Assembly (NCBI RefSeq): GCF_009914755.1
Contig: NC_060944.1
DNA: 64,000 nucleotides
Strand: one strand, 5' to 3'
Source of the DNA: the human T2T-CHM13v2.0 reference genome, Homo sapiens
Position 1 is the stretch's first letter. Every line of letters begins with the position of its first letter. The notes beneath the pieces were generated by a model, which was given only the letters and a program-made list of their open reading frames with translations, did no database searches and had not been told where the DNA came from. Position numbers and translations under genes: made by a program. Shown here piece by piece: positions 43,701 through 59,025 of the stretch.

Positions 43701-45643
43701 CAAATTAGAAGGTTTAACACAAAATCCAGATTTCTGGATTCTTTTGAAAAATCAAAAGAATAATCTAGTTAGTAGAACTAGTTAGTAGAACTAGTTAGTA
43801 GTAATCTAGTTAGAAGAACGGGTGTCTGCTGTCTGTAACCACCCAGCTCCTGTCACTCGTTTGCCTTTTGATCTGGCCCTGCCTCAGTTTGCTCTCCCTG
43901 AGAAATCCCATCATTGTTTTCAGCTTCACCTTGGGGGGAGAATTCAAGCACAACAAGCAGGCTTCTCAAAATGCCTGTGAGGCCAAGAAACAAATGTCTA
44001 GTTTCCTTTCAGATAAAATTGTAAATACTCACCCAAAAACCACAGCAATTTAAGCAGGAGACATAAACATCATATTTAGAAGGAGGGACTATGTAATTAG
44101 GACATACTCCCTTAAGCATCAAAATCAATTATCCTGATAAAACCCTAGGACGGCTAACCACTCTTGAAATATACATTTATAAAAAGAAAAAGAAAAACCA
44201 AAACTAATTTTAGGTGATCGGGAGAAGGATGTTCTCCAGGGACATAACTGAGTTCATTCTAGGACATTTGATTCAGCCTGTCCCTTGTTTTGTAAATGCC
44301 ATGCACAGGCTTTGAGTCGAGAAAGTGGTTGTAGCTAGGGCTCAAGTTCAGTAATTACTAATCCTTGGTTAATCTTAAAAGGAGTTATCATAAAGGCATG
44401 CACCAATGAGGAGACTCTGATCCAAGCTGAGGCCAACACAAGGGCAGGACCCCCACAGGAAAAAGCCTTTGGAGACCCAAGACTTCCTGAAGAGGCTGCT
44501 TCATGGGACTCCAGGTTCTCTGAGATGGTTGCTTGCACCGTCTGCACTATTGACCTTGCTTCTAATGTGACTCGGTGTAAGAACTGAATTCATAATGTAT
44601 GTTCAGTTCTTTCTGGTTGGTGGCATTCCACCTGATTGAAAAGAAATACATCCTTCATCTAAAAATAATTAGCCTCTGAATGGCCTTTTATTTCAATTGC
44701 CCGGAGGGCTTTTATTGATTTTTTTTCAGGGTTTGTGTGGTTAAGAGAATGGGATTCTTCTGGTGGTGTCTTTCTTAGCCTCTCTCGAATAGGCTGTCAT
44801 GCCCTTGCTCCTCATGTGCGGCTAAATCAGAAGCTACAAAGTAGTGACTTGCAGACTCAGTTGGGCCTTTTATTGGACTCTTGGTATATGTTAAAATTGC
44901 TGAATTTGAGTGTTTTACACAAGAAATACAATTCCACTTGGCTACAGATTCCACTACTTCTCAATTGCCTTATACCAGATCTCATTCACAGATTTGTGTT
45001 GCTTCTTGAGCCCCATAGATATTTGAGTTCAGAGATTCTGAAATTAATATACATGTATTAAGTTAATACATGTAAGGTCCTAGGAACAGTGCCTGCCACA
45101 CAATAAGCACTTAATTAATTTTAATGTTACTATTATTATAGTAAATAATTATTTTATGGTTCTATATTTCCTTGTTTATTAGCAATTTACTAGGTTGGTT
45201 ATAACCCAAGAGATTTTTTTCTTTTTCTTTTAAGCTATGATTTTTCCTTATTCCAGTTTTCCATTTGCTTGTTCTTTTTTATGGTATCCGATTCTTTACA
45301 GAAGTATTCTGATTAAATTAGACTGTACTTAATGGAAAACAGAAAAACAACTAGCTGATCAAATAAACATTTCCTAAACTGAAGAATGACACAGAGGGAG
45401 TGAAAAACCAGGATCTTCCAAGTATGACAGACACAAAGAAAAGCCTGTGATGATTTAGAAATGTGCTGGGCTAATTGCAGCTGGTTGAGGGTCCTCGTTG
45501 TTTTCCATAAAACCGTATTGTATTATGAAGAGGACAGCAGGTCAATAAGACCCTGGGCCATGGGACCCCTCTTCAGCATCACTTTTCAGTAAAAGACAAT
45601 TCCCGATTATTTTGTGAAAGCAACTTTGAAATCCTAAACATGA

Positions 45644-46100
<457 letters not shown>

Positions 46101-46359
46101 AGGAGGCAAGAATTTAGTATTCAGATCTTGATTCTGCGCTGAACCACTTGGATGGTAGGCTTTAGTCTCCTCACTTCATGATTGATGGGATTTGATGAAC
46201 AATGTGCTGAATGTTTATTCTCTCAAGATTATAAAACAAGTATCTTAAGCTTCCTTACCCCAGAGCACAGGATCTTCAAAGACTTAGAACATCTTTTGGT
46301 ATTTCAAATACAATAGTAACTTTCTGTTTGACAAACGTCTTTGGGTTATTATCTTGATT

Positions 46360-46412
46360 ATTTTTTTTTATTATACTTTAAGTTTTAGGGTACATGTGCA
46401 CAACATGCAGGT
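46360..46412 (-). mobile_element. Extremely 5'-truncated L1PA 3' tip
   Basis: ttttttattatactttaagttttagggtacatgtgcacaacatgcaggtt. Confidence 0.85.
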
Positions 46413-46809
46413 TATTTATCATTTTTGTACAATCAAAATTTGTTTCCTAATTCACAATCATTTTTATGCCCAGCTGAGTCTTCCAAAAGAAAACACCTAA
46501 CTAAAAATAGAAAACTTCTAGGCCTTAATCGCAGGCCCCATAAGGAGAAAGTATTCCAGTGCTGACATAAAAAGTTCAGGGCCAGGAACTCACATATTAG
46601 CTGGGCTGACGTGGCCTGCTGAGTAGCATAATTATTGTCCTAAATTGTAGTATAAGTTGCTTTTAGGGTAAGTGGCTTGGGTATGTATATAAAGCAATAA
46701 GAATTTTGCTCCTGGAAAATGGTAAACAACTCATTTCATGTCAAGGCCACAGAACTTAATGCACACTTTTGAGAGAAATTATAAGAGTCATGGGGAAATG
46801 CAACAATAA

Positions 46810-47345
46810 TACCAAATAACAGACACAAAACTTCACTGGCTTACAATAATAAACATTTATTTAGTTCATAAGATTGTGGGGTTCAGCTGATCTTGGCTGA
46901 GTGTGGCGGAGCTTAGCTGGACTTGTTCATACATCTGTGGTTCATTATGGGTCAGGCAGGTAGCTCTGTAGCTCTGCTGATCTTGACTGACTTACATCTC
47001 TGGGTATCAGTTGGATGTTGATGAATCTAGGATAATTTGGGGTATGGGACTGGGATGACTGAGGTGACTCAACTCTTTTCCTCGTGTTAAATCTTCTACT
47101 AGAGTAGTCTAAGCATGTTCCCGTGACATGCCATAGGAATAGGAGTGAAAGCTAAGTAAGGGCTTTTTTAAGCCTCTGCATAGGCCATGCCTGCTAACAT
47201 CCTATTAACCAATGTCATCGCATGACCACATCATCTTCAAGGAATGGAGAAATAGACTCCTCATCTCTCATAAGAGAAGCTGAGAATCATAAAGCAAAGG
47301 CTCTGGGTACAGGGAGGAGCCATTAATCCAGTCAATCTACCACAG
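46810..47345 (-). mobile_element. Old MLT1 LTR
   Basis: cagctgatcttggctgag...caatctaccaca. Confidence 0.6.
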
Positions 47346-48088
47346 AGGAGAGAATTGACGAGGTCCTGGTCCTGGTTTTGCTACTAGCCAGCCATATCCT
47401 TGAGAAAGACCCTAACTTCTCTGGGCCACAGATTTTCACTAAATAAAAGAAAGGATTTGAGTATAATTGCTAAAGTCATTTTCTGAGACGTCAAAGTCAT
47501 GAAGGGTTTGACTATGTAATTGTTAAATGTTCTTTTTTCAGGTTCCTACAGTAATCTCTAGACACCTGTGAGATGATTAGAAATTTTGAAATATATTTCA
47601 GGACTCAGAGGAGGTATAAAAGCATGGACTATGTTAGGAGTTTTCCTCTGTGGCGGTTTCATGGAATATATGCATATATAGAGGAGTTCACACCTAAGAA
47701 CTATGTCAGAATGCATTTGGCTTTTGACTTGAAATAAAGTTTAAAAAGGAAATGCATGTTAGGAACTGTGCTTGGTAAATCACATGGTCTCTAGTTTCTG
47801 TCTTTCCTCTTTTATTGATTCAGTATTTGGATCTACTTAGTATTTTGCCTACCTCGTCCTTGACTCCTCCAACCTTCCTTTCTGGCAACTTAGCAACCCT
47901 CATTCTGCCCTTCACCCAACAGCCTTATCAACACTTTGAATCTAAATCTGAGCATTAGCATTCCAGAAGTCTGAAGATATGAGATCTACAAAAGAATGGT
48001 TTAATATTTATCTAGACCCTGAAGTAATGTTGTTGAGGAAGGAAGAGAATGCACAAAAGGAGAAAATTGTTGGAAGACCTTTGTCTAA

Positions 48089-48245
48089 AGTGGTGCTATT
48101 CACAGTGTGGTTCTTAGACCAGCAGCAACAGCATCACCTTGGAGCTTGTTAGAAATGCAGGGTAGCATGCCCCACCCCAGATCTTCTGAATCAGAATTTG
48201 CATCTTAACAAAATCCCCAGAGATTTTGTATGTACATTACCTTGT
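48089..48245. mobile_element. MER5A
   Basis: gaccagcagcaacagcatcacc...tgaatcagaatttgcatcttaacaaaatcccc. Confidence 0.75.
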
Positions 48246-51194
48246 CACTTTTAATGTGCATCCATCTGTGAAATTAGCCGTAGATTATGAAAACAGAGTA
48301 TGTGAGAATTGTAATCCCTCTATTGTAATCTATGGCTAATTCATGAAAGTAAATGTGTGATCATTTAATTTTTATATATTAGAGCAGATTCAAAGTTGAG
48401 ATTCATGTTTTCTATCACATCTACATACTTACATATATACCTGTAGATTGTGTAGGGAAGAGGGAATTTACAGCTACAGAGCTGTGTCTCCCCAGTGAAT
48501 GTCATCTATTGTATGTCCAATGGAGGAAGTGTTGAGAGCTTCTGCCCAAAATAAGGATAATACTAAAGGTATTGGCAGATGCTACAAGGCTCAATTTTTA
48601 AGTCTCATGTCCTTCATAAAGTATTTCCCATATTACCTTAAGGCTACAATACAGTCTTCATTTTCAGCATCCACAGTCCATCTTGTGTGTGGCACTCATT
48701 CAGTCCAATGTTTTATTTTCCCCGTATCCATTGCTTGTCACCTAGGACGGATTCTAATTTCTCCAGTCACCACAACACCAAACAGGGCCTTGCATGGGTC
48801 AGAGTGTTCAAAATACCATTTATTGACAAATGCATCAAAATCAACAACAAACCAGAATATAGTCCCAAAAGAGAAATCCACCAAGTACCATAACTGACCA
48901 AATAATGACTCAAATTAACTGGAAAGAACAAGGACTGGTTCATAGGCAGGACTTTAGATTTTTTTTGCTGTAAGTGATTTTTTCTCTCTTTTTAAAAATG
49001 AGGTTACATAATATTAATTAATAAGCAAATCAGAGTATGCTAAGCATTTAATATGTATGATCTTGTTTAAACCTTTTAACAGCCCAGGAAAATTGGTTTT
49101 ATTATTCCTATGTTATACATGAGACAGTTAAAATTCCAAGAGATTAAATAAGCTGAGCAAGGTCATATTTCATAAAATGCAAGCATTCTAAACCCTATGT
49201 GGAGAAAGAATCTTATCTATCCCAAAGTGAATTGTCTACTTTATGTAGATCTATGGCATCAGTTTAACTTATGTTGCCTTCTTAGCCCTGTGTAACAGGT
49301 TCTATTGCTAGTTGGTATTTGTTCACAAGATAAAAATTAATTTTAATATTATTTTGAAGCAAATATAATTATTTAGGAAAATCTACCCAAAATATAGGCA
49401 TGCACCAAACTCCAGCACCCAATAAAAAGCAGCAGTAATTGATTTCCATTGTGAATGGCCTGTATTCTTCTACATTGGCATGGACTATCCAGTTTACTTC
49501 TGTTTACATCTGGAGTATTTTCAACTTTGACCTAGAAATACACTGATCACCATTTCACTCCTCATCTTTAGATTTCAGTTGCCAATGGCAACCTTGAATT
49601 ACAAAGTTGAACAAAAGCTGCATTTTACTTGAGTGGTTTGTAATTTTGAACTTGAGTTCATGTTTTCTAGGAGTTGTTTGTCTATAGGTGTCAGTCCTGC
49701 CCTTGGTTGCCGAGGAACCCGAACATTCTGAATTTGCTATGCCTCTGCTGGGACTCAGTGGGCTTTATCAGTTTCTGAACAGTTTTTGCTTTAAATTATT
49801 GGGACTGGGTACTCAATTCACAGGGGTAATATGAATTTGGAAACTGCACTCATTCATGGGTTTCTAATTCCCTTTGTGGATGTTTTTCCTCAATGTGCTC
49901 CATGAATCATTTGCTTCCTTGCCTCATCTCCAAGGTTGTGGATTGGGTTTTCCTAGTTCCCATTTGAAGGGTGGGCACCCCTGGCTCTATTCAGGGACTT
50001 CAGGTTCAGCACTCCAACACCCGGCATCCTGAGGCCTCCTCTTCCAATCTCTCCTCGCCCCGCAAAATGGAGAATCAATTCTGTTAACTGTGAGTTCCTT
50101 TGTTATTTCTGCGACTTAAGGATTTCTTTTCCTTATATTCAAACTCAGCTGTAAACTTAAGTGAATATGTATGTACTGTTTCATTTTGCCTTTCCCTATG
50201 TTTGGAATAGAAAAGGAAATTTTCAGTCAGCCATATTGACTCAAAGTCCCATGGCAATTTATTCTAAGGAAACTTAGTGGAAAACAAATAAACAAACAAA
50301 AACTGAAATGGTTAGGATATAGCATGTGGTCCCATTTTCCCACATGTCACTTTCCAACAATCCTTGGGTAACATGACTAACCTCAGTCTATAAATTTCTT
50401 ATGATCCTGTTATTTTTATTCTTGAAGCAAAATTCATGAGATTATTCTAAAAATAAGATGAGGCCTTGCACGTTTGCTCAGGCTTAATTTTGAAACCATT
50501 CATTCTATGAATGTATGATTTTAATGCATTTCCCATTGCTTTTAATATCCACTTAGCTAACTGATGATGTTGAGGTTAAAATACTATAGTCCTTGCAGTA
50601 ATTCTCGTAAAATTGTCCTAGTCACTGTATCCCACATTCAGAGTTCTACATTTTTCTTTTTTGTATTTTATAGAAATTATATTAGATTTTGTTTTCATTT
50701 TAGAATGCTATTTTTATGCTAAAAATGAAATAATCACATTACCATAAAAGTGAGAAATAGAAAAAATAAAGATACTCATAATTCTAACACAGTTTATATT
50801 TTAGTGTTTCTTTTCAAAGTCGTTTTGTATTCTTTAAAAAAATGGTCATAGTTATTATCACAGTATGTATACAACTATAGGTACATTTTTTCACTTATCA
50901 CAAAAATATAATTATTTCTCCCTGTTTTCAAAGCCATTGGTTTATATTATTTGACTACCTCATAGTTCTTTAAGTGAGAGCCTTATGATTTTTTTACAGA
51001 AACACTTACGTTTTATTCATGTTTTTGCTGTTTCTTGGCTTGTTTGTTAGTTTTACTATTTTCCCTGATCTTTAGCAGTAAATTCCAAAATATTCTGAGC
51101 AAGATAATTAGAGTACCATATTATTATTGCTGCCTCTCAAAGGCTAGGAGATATATTTTTAAAGTGTTAAAAGACTATAAGGAATTAAATTTTA

Positions 51195-51395
51195 AATATA
51201 TGCAGCATGTATTTTACATCTCAGAATTGCTAAGCGATTAAATTTCAAATGTTCTCACCACAAAAAATGGTAAGTATTTGAGGTGATAAATATGTTAATT
51301 GGCTTTATTTAATTACTCCATGTTGTATTTGTAAATCATGGCATCATTCTGTACTACATAAATACATACAATTTTAAATTGTCAATTTTATTTAT
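51195..51395 (+). mobile_element. L1MA 3' end, followed by (CA)n at ~51409-51438
   Basis: aaatgttctcaccacaaaaaatggtaagtatttgaggtgat. Confidence 0.75.
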
Positions 51396-51407
51396 ATATA
51401 TGTGTAT

Positions 51408-51438
<31 letters not shown>

Positions 51439-52549
51439 ACAGATGCTCCCAGAGAAGAAAAAGAATAAAATAATTGAAAATGTCTACTGAGAAAACAAAC
51501 TGAAACAAGTGATCCTATGTCTATATTTAAGGTAACATAACCATACAAAGAATATAATTACTTTCAGTGAATTTTGGCAGAGTGATATAATTGTGCATCC
51601 TTAGTAGGATATATTTGATGAATAAAAAGAACTTCAAAAAAGTCTCAAGCTTCATTTGCTTATTTTATTGACAGGTCATAATATTGAAACTATTTCTGGA
51701 TATATTAATATAAAGCAAATAAATAAATATGCTAATGCTATCTGAAAGCAACCTTTTTAGGAAACGTATGCTTCAGTCTTTATGGGTGAAATGTCATGAT
51801 GCCTGAAACATTTTCAAATGACTCAGCAAAAAATATAGAGATAGACAATACATAATGCATATGTGGCAAAACATTGAAATTAAGGTAGTTTTCACAGGCT
51901 GGTTTTGTTTTGTTTTATTTTTTGGTTGCTTTGCCTGTACAAACAATGCTAAATCAATGCTATTTTTCCTGTACAAAAATAAATATCTTAGTGTATTCAT
52001 TCTTATATGTTGGTGGTTTTGTTTCTGTGGGCCAAATTCCCAAAAATGGAGTTGCTGGGTTACAAGCCTATGTTTGCCTTCTTATAAATTTTGTCAAATT
52101 ATTGCCCAATGTTTCAAAGTGTCAATTTCTCAGAATGTTATTGCTTCTTTAAAGGAAATTTCTTTTAAATTTAATGAATTAAATTAAATTAATCAATATA
52201 ATAAATGTCCCTTGAAAAGGTATTGTGCTATTGCATTTCTCTAATTGTTAATGAGCTGCTTTCATCTATATTTCAAATATATATAGTTGTATTGTATATA
52301 TATTCTTTGTATTTTATTTCTTTTCCTATGAATTGCTTTATTTATGCTCATTTTTCAGAGAAATGGATTATTTTCATCTAGATAAAGATATCTATATTTT
52401 TCTTTCTTATGTTTTTCTGTCTTGCTTAAAAAGGTCTCTGTACCCCATGATTATACAGTTATTCACAATCACAATTATACTTTTGGCACATTCTCCTAGA
52501 CAGAAGCAAATAACAAGCAAATAACAATCCTAAGATTGTTATTGGCTTC

Positions 52550-52752
52550 ATATTTTATATTACAAAGTGGTATATATACTATACATAGTATATATAATAT
52601 ACATAATATAAATATTAATATATGTAATACATTATATTAATTTATTATGTTTATATTATAAAATATTTATATAACATAAAATATTTTTATATATAAATAT
52701 AATATATTAATATTTATATTATAAAATACATTGGCCTTATATTTTATATTAA
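52550..52752. repeat. AT-rich low-complexity (TA)n-like tract
   Basis: Almost exclusively A/T. Confidence 0.9.
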
Positions 52753-53734
52753 GATCTTTCATACACTTCATTGGGCAAAATGACCTGAGTTGGACTCTGG
52801 AATTCCAAATTTTGAAAACCTTGCAAATATCTGTCTGCACATTATCCAGCTGCATATTTTTTTTTAAGTTTTCTCAATTCTTCTTTGTTATTCCATTGTG
52901 GCTTATTGTTCTCTGGTTTCAATTTGTTTCCTTAGGAAATTGGTTTGATTGTCTCTGATTCATAACTCAGTAATCTGTCTTATATTTATGCCACATTTAT
53001 GTTATACTGGGTTTTGTTTGTTTGTTTTCTGATTGTAAGCTAACCTTCAAGAGTAACTTTGCTTGCTCCTTGGCCTTCACTTATGTTTTTTTATCTAAAA
53101 GCTTTCCTTAACTAGATCAAATCTCTGCCTTTTTTAAAGACAGAAGAAAAGAATGTCAGAGTCAGAAAAGCATCCCAAGTACAAAAATCTTTGACAACAC
53201 AGGAAGAATTGAATACATTTGAACTTGACCGTATTGCCTTTTCCTGCTTAACTACCCAGAGTTCACAAAAATGACTAGTGGGCAATGTCTTTTGAAAATC
53301 AAGTTAACTGAGAAATTTAGAATTTGAGCCTGACTAGTCAAATTAAAGAACTGGGCCTATAATAAAACAAACTCTGACAACACTCTTCTTTATTAATATC
53401 TGAGTATAATAATAACAACTCATCTTAAATTTAGAGGTTAAATTCAATCATGTTCTTTCGTCTTTCTTGTTCATTTTCCAAAAAGAGGTCTTATGAACTT
53501 AAGATTAAACAAACTCAAGTTTGACAATGTTATGCTAGAAAGGCTCCAAGGCATAGCCTACAAAATCACATTTGTCTTGAAAATCTATCTGTCCTGTGGT
53601 GATTTTTTTTCCAAGAATATGCTTTGAGGCCACAGCAATGAAAGGATGGGGCCAGCTGAGTTAGCTTATGAGTATTTTATGGGTCCAGGCCACATAATGA
53701 GACTACTTTCTGTTCCCCTCACTCAAAGTTATAG

Positions 53735-54268
53735 CCATAATACTGCTGCCTAACAACCAACCATAAAAATCAGTCACAAAACAAGCATTTGCTAAGTTAA
53801 TGAGTCTATGAACTGGTTCTGGTCTGGACCAGGCTCACCTGATCTCAGTAGGCTTGTTCATGCCTGTGTTTAGCTGGTGGTCAGCTAGGGGTGAGCTGGT
53901 TTAGAATAGCTTCACTTTTATATCTGATAGTCAATTGAAGTGATGCAAAAAGTATAATAACTGGGCCATGTGTCTCCTCTTCTGGCAAGCTAGGCTGAGC
54001 TTGTTCACATGATGGCTGAGTAAACTTCTAACTGTGAGAGCAGAAGCACACAAGGCCTTGTGACGTCTGGACTCAGAACAGCATATACTTTTGACACATT
54101 CTCCTAGACAGAACCAAATAACAAGGCCTCCCCAGATTCAAGAAGATGAGAAATACACTCCGTTCTTTGCTGGGATGGGATGAGCTGCAAAGTCACACCA
54201 CAAAGGTTATGATTACAAGGAGGGGTGAAGAATTAATTACTGCCATTTGCACGACCAATCTACCATTC
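53735..54268 (-). mobile_element. Old MLT1 (H-like) LTR
   Basis: cttgttcacatgatggc...ccagattcaag...gagctgcaaagtcaca...caatctacca. Confidence 0.7.
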
Positions 54269-55884
54269 CCACCTAACACCCTGTTTCACTTGCACAGAAT
54301 AGAAATTCAACACATATTAGAGTACAAAACCCAGAATATGGCAATTAGATAGTATGATGCTGAACCTCAGAACAGAGGCAATCAAAAGGAAGCCCTGGTG
54401 ATCTGTGGAGGACCATCTAAGCCTAGGATTATGGGGAAGGAAAATTAGGAAGAATCTAAACTGGAATTCCACAGTTGGACCTAACTTCGGGAGTCCCCTG
54501 GTTAAAGCCAGATTTAAATCTGTTAGGGGAAAGGTTATAAATTCTCCATGAGCCCAGTGGGGCTGATGAATGTGATTTGAATTGATTGCCAACAATAAAA
54601 ACTCAGGCTCTTACATGAAGATGTGGATTTCTGACTTCAATATTTAATCTGACAAGCATCAGCTAGAACTGAGTTGTTTGTACTCCCTTTAGACAGGGCC
54701 TGTCATCTCTAGCTCTTCAGAAACCCCACAACCCCCTCTTTCTTGCACATAGCCTGCTACTTATTTACATGACTTGCCTGGCCCCTGTAACATCTGAGTT
54801 TGCAACCCTTGGGCTGGAATAGCTCTAGACCACTGATGGATGGGGCTTTTTTGGAACGGAGCCAGAATTACCCTGTATTCTTTTCATATTTTCTTACAAT
54901 GAACAAGTATTTAGTTTATAAGAAGAAAAAGCAAAAGCTCTAACTTGGAATGTAATAAATACAATTTTGAAATTAGTTCATTAATAATTGTATGGCTTTT
55001 TAAAAAGAGTGAAATATGTGGCACTTAATATGTCATGAAGCAGTGACTTAGTTTAGAATATAATAAAATCTACTACTATCCCATGATGAAAGTCTACTAC
55101 AGTTATAACTTAGCCACAACTGGGTCAATTATTATAAATTATTAAAAATCATCATCAAAATTAAATTACTAAAATGTAGGTTTTTCTTAGAATTAAATTA
55201 TTTAAAATGTTAAAAAGCATTGGTTTAGGTATTTGACATTTTCTTGTATTTTACTTCTTTTGTTAATAATTAAAGAAATAGTACTTATCAAGCACTATGG
55301 GATCTTGTCCACCAATGAGCATTAACCTGAGAGAAATTATCTGCTAGGTCAGGTACAATATATCCATAGCTGAAGGTCCCCCAGTTCAACCTATAAGAGA
55401 ACAGCAATCTGTTGTTTTCTTAAAACAGGCTCACTTGCTTTTCTTCCTTCCCTATCTTCCTTGGAAACACATGTGTTACTGAATTAAAATTGAGGTGAAT
55501 TGATGATGAGGTCTGAATGGTAGTAAATGGACGCTGTCAAACAACAGGCTAAGATTTCATTCATGCAAAAGAGTACGACATTGTAAAAGCCCCACTTCCT
55601 TCTAAATTGTTGGAACAGCAGGGAAATAACTGGCAATTGTCTTCTTCCTGTTTGATGCCCCAGTGACTCGTATGTGCCAACACGGAGAGTAGGGCCCTGT
55701 ACAAGGTGCTCCATCATAGCCACATGAGTCCAGGGCCCTGAGCGCCCCCTCACAGCATGTTTCCTCCTCGGCTTATAAGAATTTATATGCTAGCAAATAG
55801 ATTCATAAATACCCCACATTTTATATGTAGGGAGAATAGTTGACTTTCAATACTCAGCCTAAGCCATTTTTACCAGATACCATT

Positions 55885-56462
55885 TTTATTTTTATTTTTT
55901 CATTTTCTATTTTTATTTATTTTTATTTTTCTTTGATATTTCAATAATTTTTATAAATTTTTAAAAATTTCAACTTTTATTTTAGATTCAGAAGGTACAT
56001 GTACAGGTTTGTTACATGAGTATATTGTGTAACATATATGTATGAGTATATTGTGCTGAGGTTTGGGATACGAATGATCCTGTCACAAAAATAATAAACA
56101 TAGTACCCAGCAATTAGTTTTTCAAGGCTTGCCCCCGACTCCCTCCCCCACTTTATTAGTCCCCAGTGTCAATCACTGCCATATTTATGTCCATGAATAC
56201 CCAATGTTTAGCTCCCACTTACAAGTGAGACTGTGTGGTATTTGGTTTTCTGTTCCTACATTAATTTGCTTAGGATAATGGCCTCCAGCTGCATCCATGT
56301 TGCTGCAAAGGACATGATTTCATACTTTTTATGGCTGCCTACTATTCCACATTATAAGTACCATATTTTCTTTATCCAGTCCACCATTAATGGGCACCTA
56401 GGTTGATTGAATGTCTTTGCTATTGTGAATAGTGCTATGATAAACATACAAGTGCATGTCAC
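55885..56462 (-). mobile_element. L1PA (old primate) 3' end
   Basis: T-rich tail followed by ggtacatgtacaggtttgttacatg...gctcccacttacaagtgag...gggcacctaggttgatt. Confidence 0.85.
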
Positions 56463-57882
56463 ACACCTTTTGATGTGAAAAAAAAAAAACAAGTCATTTA
56501 AACTAGATCCATAATCTGTTATCTGAGATTCTTGGGGCCTGTTGTTTTTCAGAATTTTAACTTTTCTGATTTTAGAAAGGCAATGTGATGCATATACCAT
56601 GAGCATAACACTCCAGGCAGACCTGAGTAATCCTCAAAATCAAACAAATTAATATGTCTGCAGTTAAGTTCATGTATAGTCATATGACAGGGCATACATG
56701 AAATTATACATATTTCATGTATCAGTATCATCCCAATATCAGTTCATGTCAATGAGTCTGCCACAAATTTGCCAGAAAAAGAAAAAGAAAAAGAAAAAAA
56801 GGAAACTTCTGGATTTCAGAACTTTGGGATAGATAAGGGATTACTTAATATAAATTAAATAATTTAGTAATGGCAAAATTTATCTGTCACAGAAGTGAGA
56901 GTGAAAGGAGTTGAACTAAAGGGGATGCTCCCAAGCTGCTGACACTGTCTAGAAGGAGGCTAAGACTCAGGAAGACAGATGTCCTGGAGATTGACTTCAC
57001 CCTGGCATTCCAGGGATCAGAACAAGCCCCAGAGGCTGCCCTGAAAGCTGCAGATGGAGGATGCACAGCCAGGATCAAGACAAAAAGTAGAACTGGGGGC
57101 TGAGAGTAGAACTCAGACAGGGAGCTATCAGAGTGGCCAAAGCAGATTAACCACCTTGGCATCCCCCAAGAGCTATTGAGAAACGCAGGAGCTCAGGCCC
57201 CACTCAGGCCTCCTGAGTCGGACAGAATCAAGATCAAATTCCAGACGATTTGTGTGCACTTAAAGTTTGAAAAGCAGGGGGAAAAATACAGGTTTTAAGT
57301 CCATGTCTTAAAAATTGCCTCCAAGCTAATAAGGAGGTGTGGGGGAAGCATTTAACCTTGCATGGTGTTTCAAGGATTATTCTCCCTGCTCACCAATTGA
57401 TAAGCAGAGATAATTTTCTTTAAAATTCAAGGTTTTCTCTTGGACTCAGCACAGCACAGCTCCCTACCAGACAACTCTCCCTGTTGCCCCCGTTCTCTCC
57501 CTGTCTACCGGAGAATCCCAGCTTTTATATTATTTTATGACTAAGACATCCACGTAAGTCTCCATTTGAAGAAAGGCTTCCAGGACTTTAAAACATCTGA
57601 AAATTCTCCAGGGCATAAAATAGACACATTAAGAGACAGTTTAAAGGGTAGCTAAAATAGTTTACAAGGCAAATAAAAATTAGAATGAAAAATGAATCAA
57701 AATAAAGTGGTGGCAAAATAAGTCAAAATAAAAGTTCAAGTTGGTTACACGAGTTTGTTTACTTTGTGAAAATGTATCAAGCTGCTCCTTAGACCCCAGC
57801 ATTGGCTTCCAGGCCTCTGACTAAAGCTGCACATCTCAAAGTCCACTCCACACTGCTCTGTCTATTCTACTCAGCTTCTTAG

Positions 57883-58484
<602 letters not shown>

Positions 58485-58508
58485 TCTGACACCTTTTTCA
58501 AAAGACCC

Positions 58509-58535
58509 GTGTGTGTGTGTGTGTGTGTGTGTGTG
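58509..58535 (+). repeat. (GT)n microsatellite
   Basis: Directly visible, ~260 nt upstream of the last acceptor. Confidence 0.95.
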
Positions 58536-58797
58536 CATTTGTAGATACCGCTATTCATCTTATTCTGAGTCTTTAGCCTTATTGTGCCACACATAACTTG
58601 AAGTTGACTTTCAGCTACAGACAAATGATGTGTCCAACTAAACTTTGTTACATCTCCTCTATAGGTGACCAGTGAATGATATTTTAAGTTAATGTATTCA
58701 TCAGCCCCTTTTGTATATCTCTTTCAGAGAGTTTCTATGGGAGTGGGTATAGAAACATAAACAACTTCAAGTCATCTCCCCTCTTGATGTCTCTCAG

Positions 58798-59025
58798 CTG
58801 CAGGTGGAGCTGGAGCAAGAATACCAAGACAAATTCAAAAGACTGCCCCTCGAGATTTTGGAATTCGTGCAGGAAGCCATGAAAGGAAAGATCAGTGAAG
58901 ACAGCAATCACGGTTCTGCCCCTCTCTCCCTGTCCTCAGACCCTGGAAAAGTGAACCACAAGACTCCCTCCAGTGAGGAGCTGGGAGGAGACATCCCAGG
59001 AAAAGAATTTGATACTCCTCTGTGA
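58798..59025 (+). CDS. PLCB1: Terminal coding exon of phospholipase C beta 1, isoform a ([19 protein letters not shown]...GKEFDTPL*)
   Basis: The translation matches the recognised PLCB1a C-terminus. A pyrimidine-rich acceptor (tctctcAG) ends at 58797. The exon has 75 codons plus TGA, equal to the known 75-aa isoform-a-specific tail, and ends in PDZ ligand DTPL. Confidence 0.97.
   Translation: MQVELEQEYQDKFKRLPLEILEFVQEAMKGKISEDSNHGSAPLSLSSDPGKVNHKTPSSEELGGDIPGKEFDTPL

Noticed and set aside
43761-43819. 13-bp tandem repeat ctagttagtagaa
   Set aside because: Short slippage repeat with no spacers; not CRISPR-like, and the host is eukaryotic.
48499-48897. 132-aa ATG-initiated ORF
   Set aside because: No recognisable domain, overlaps L2-like decayed sequence, no promoter or splice support; this length is expected by chance in 64 kb.
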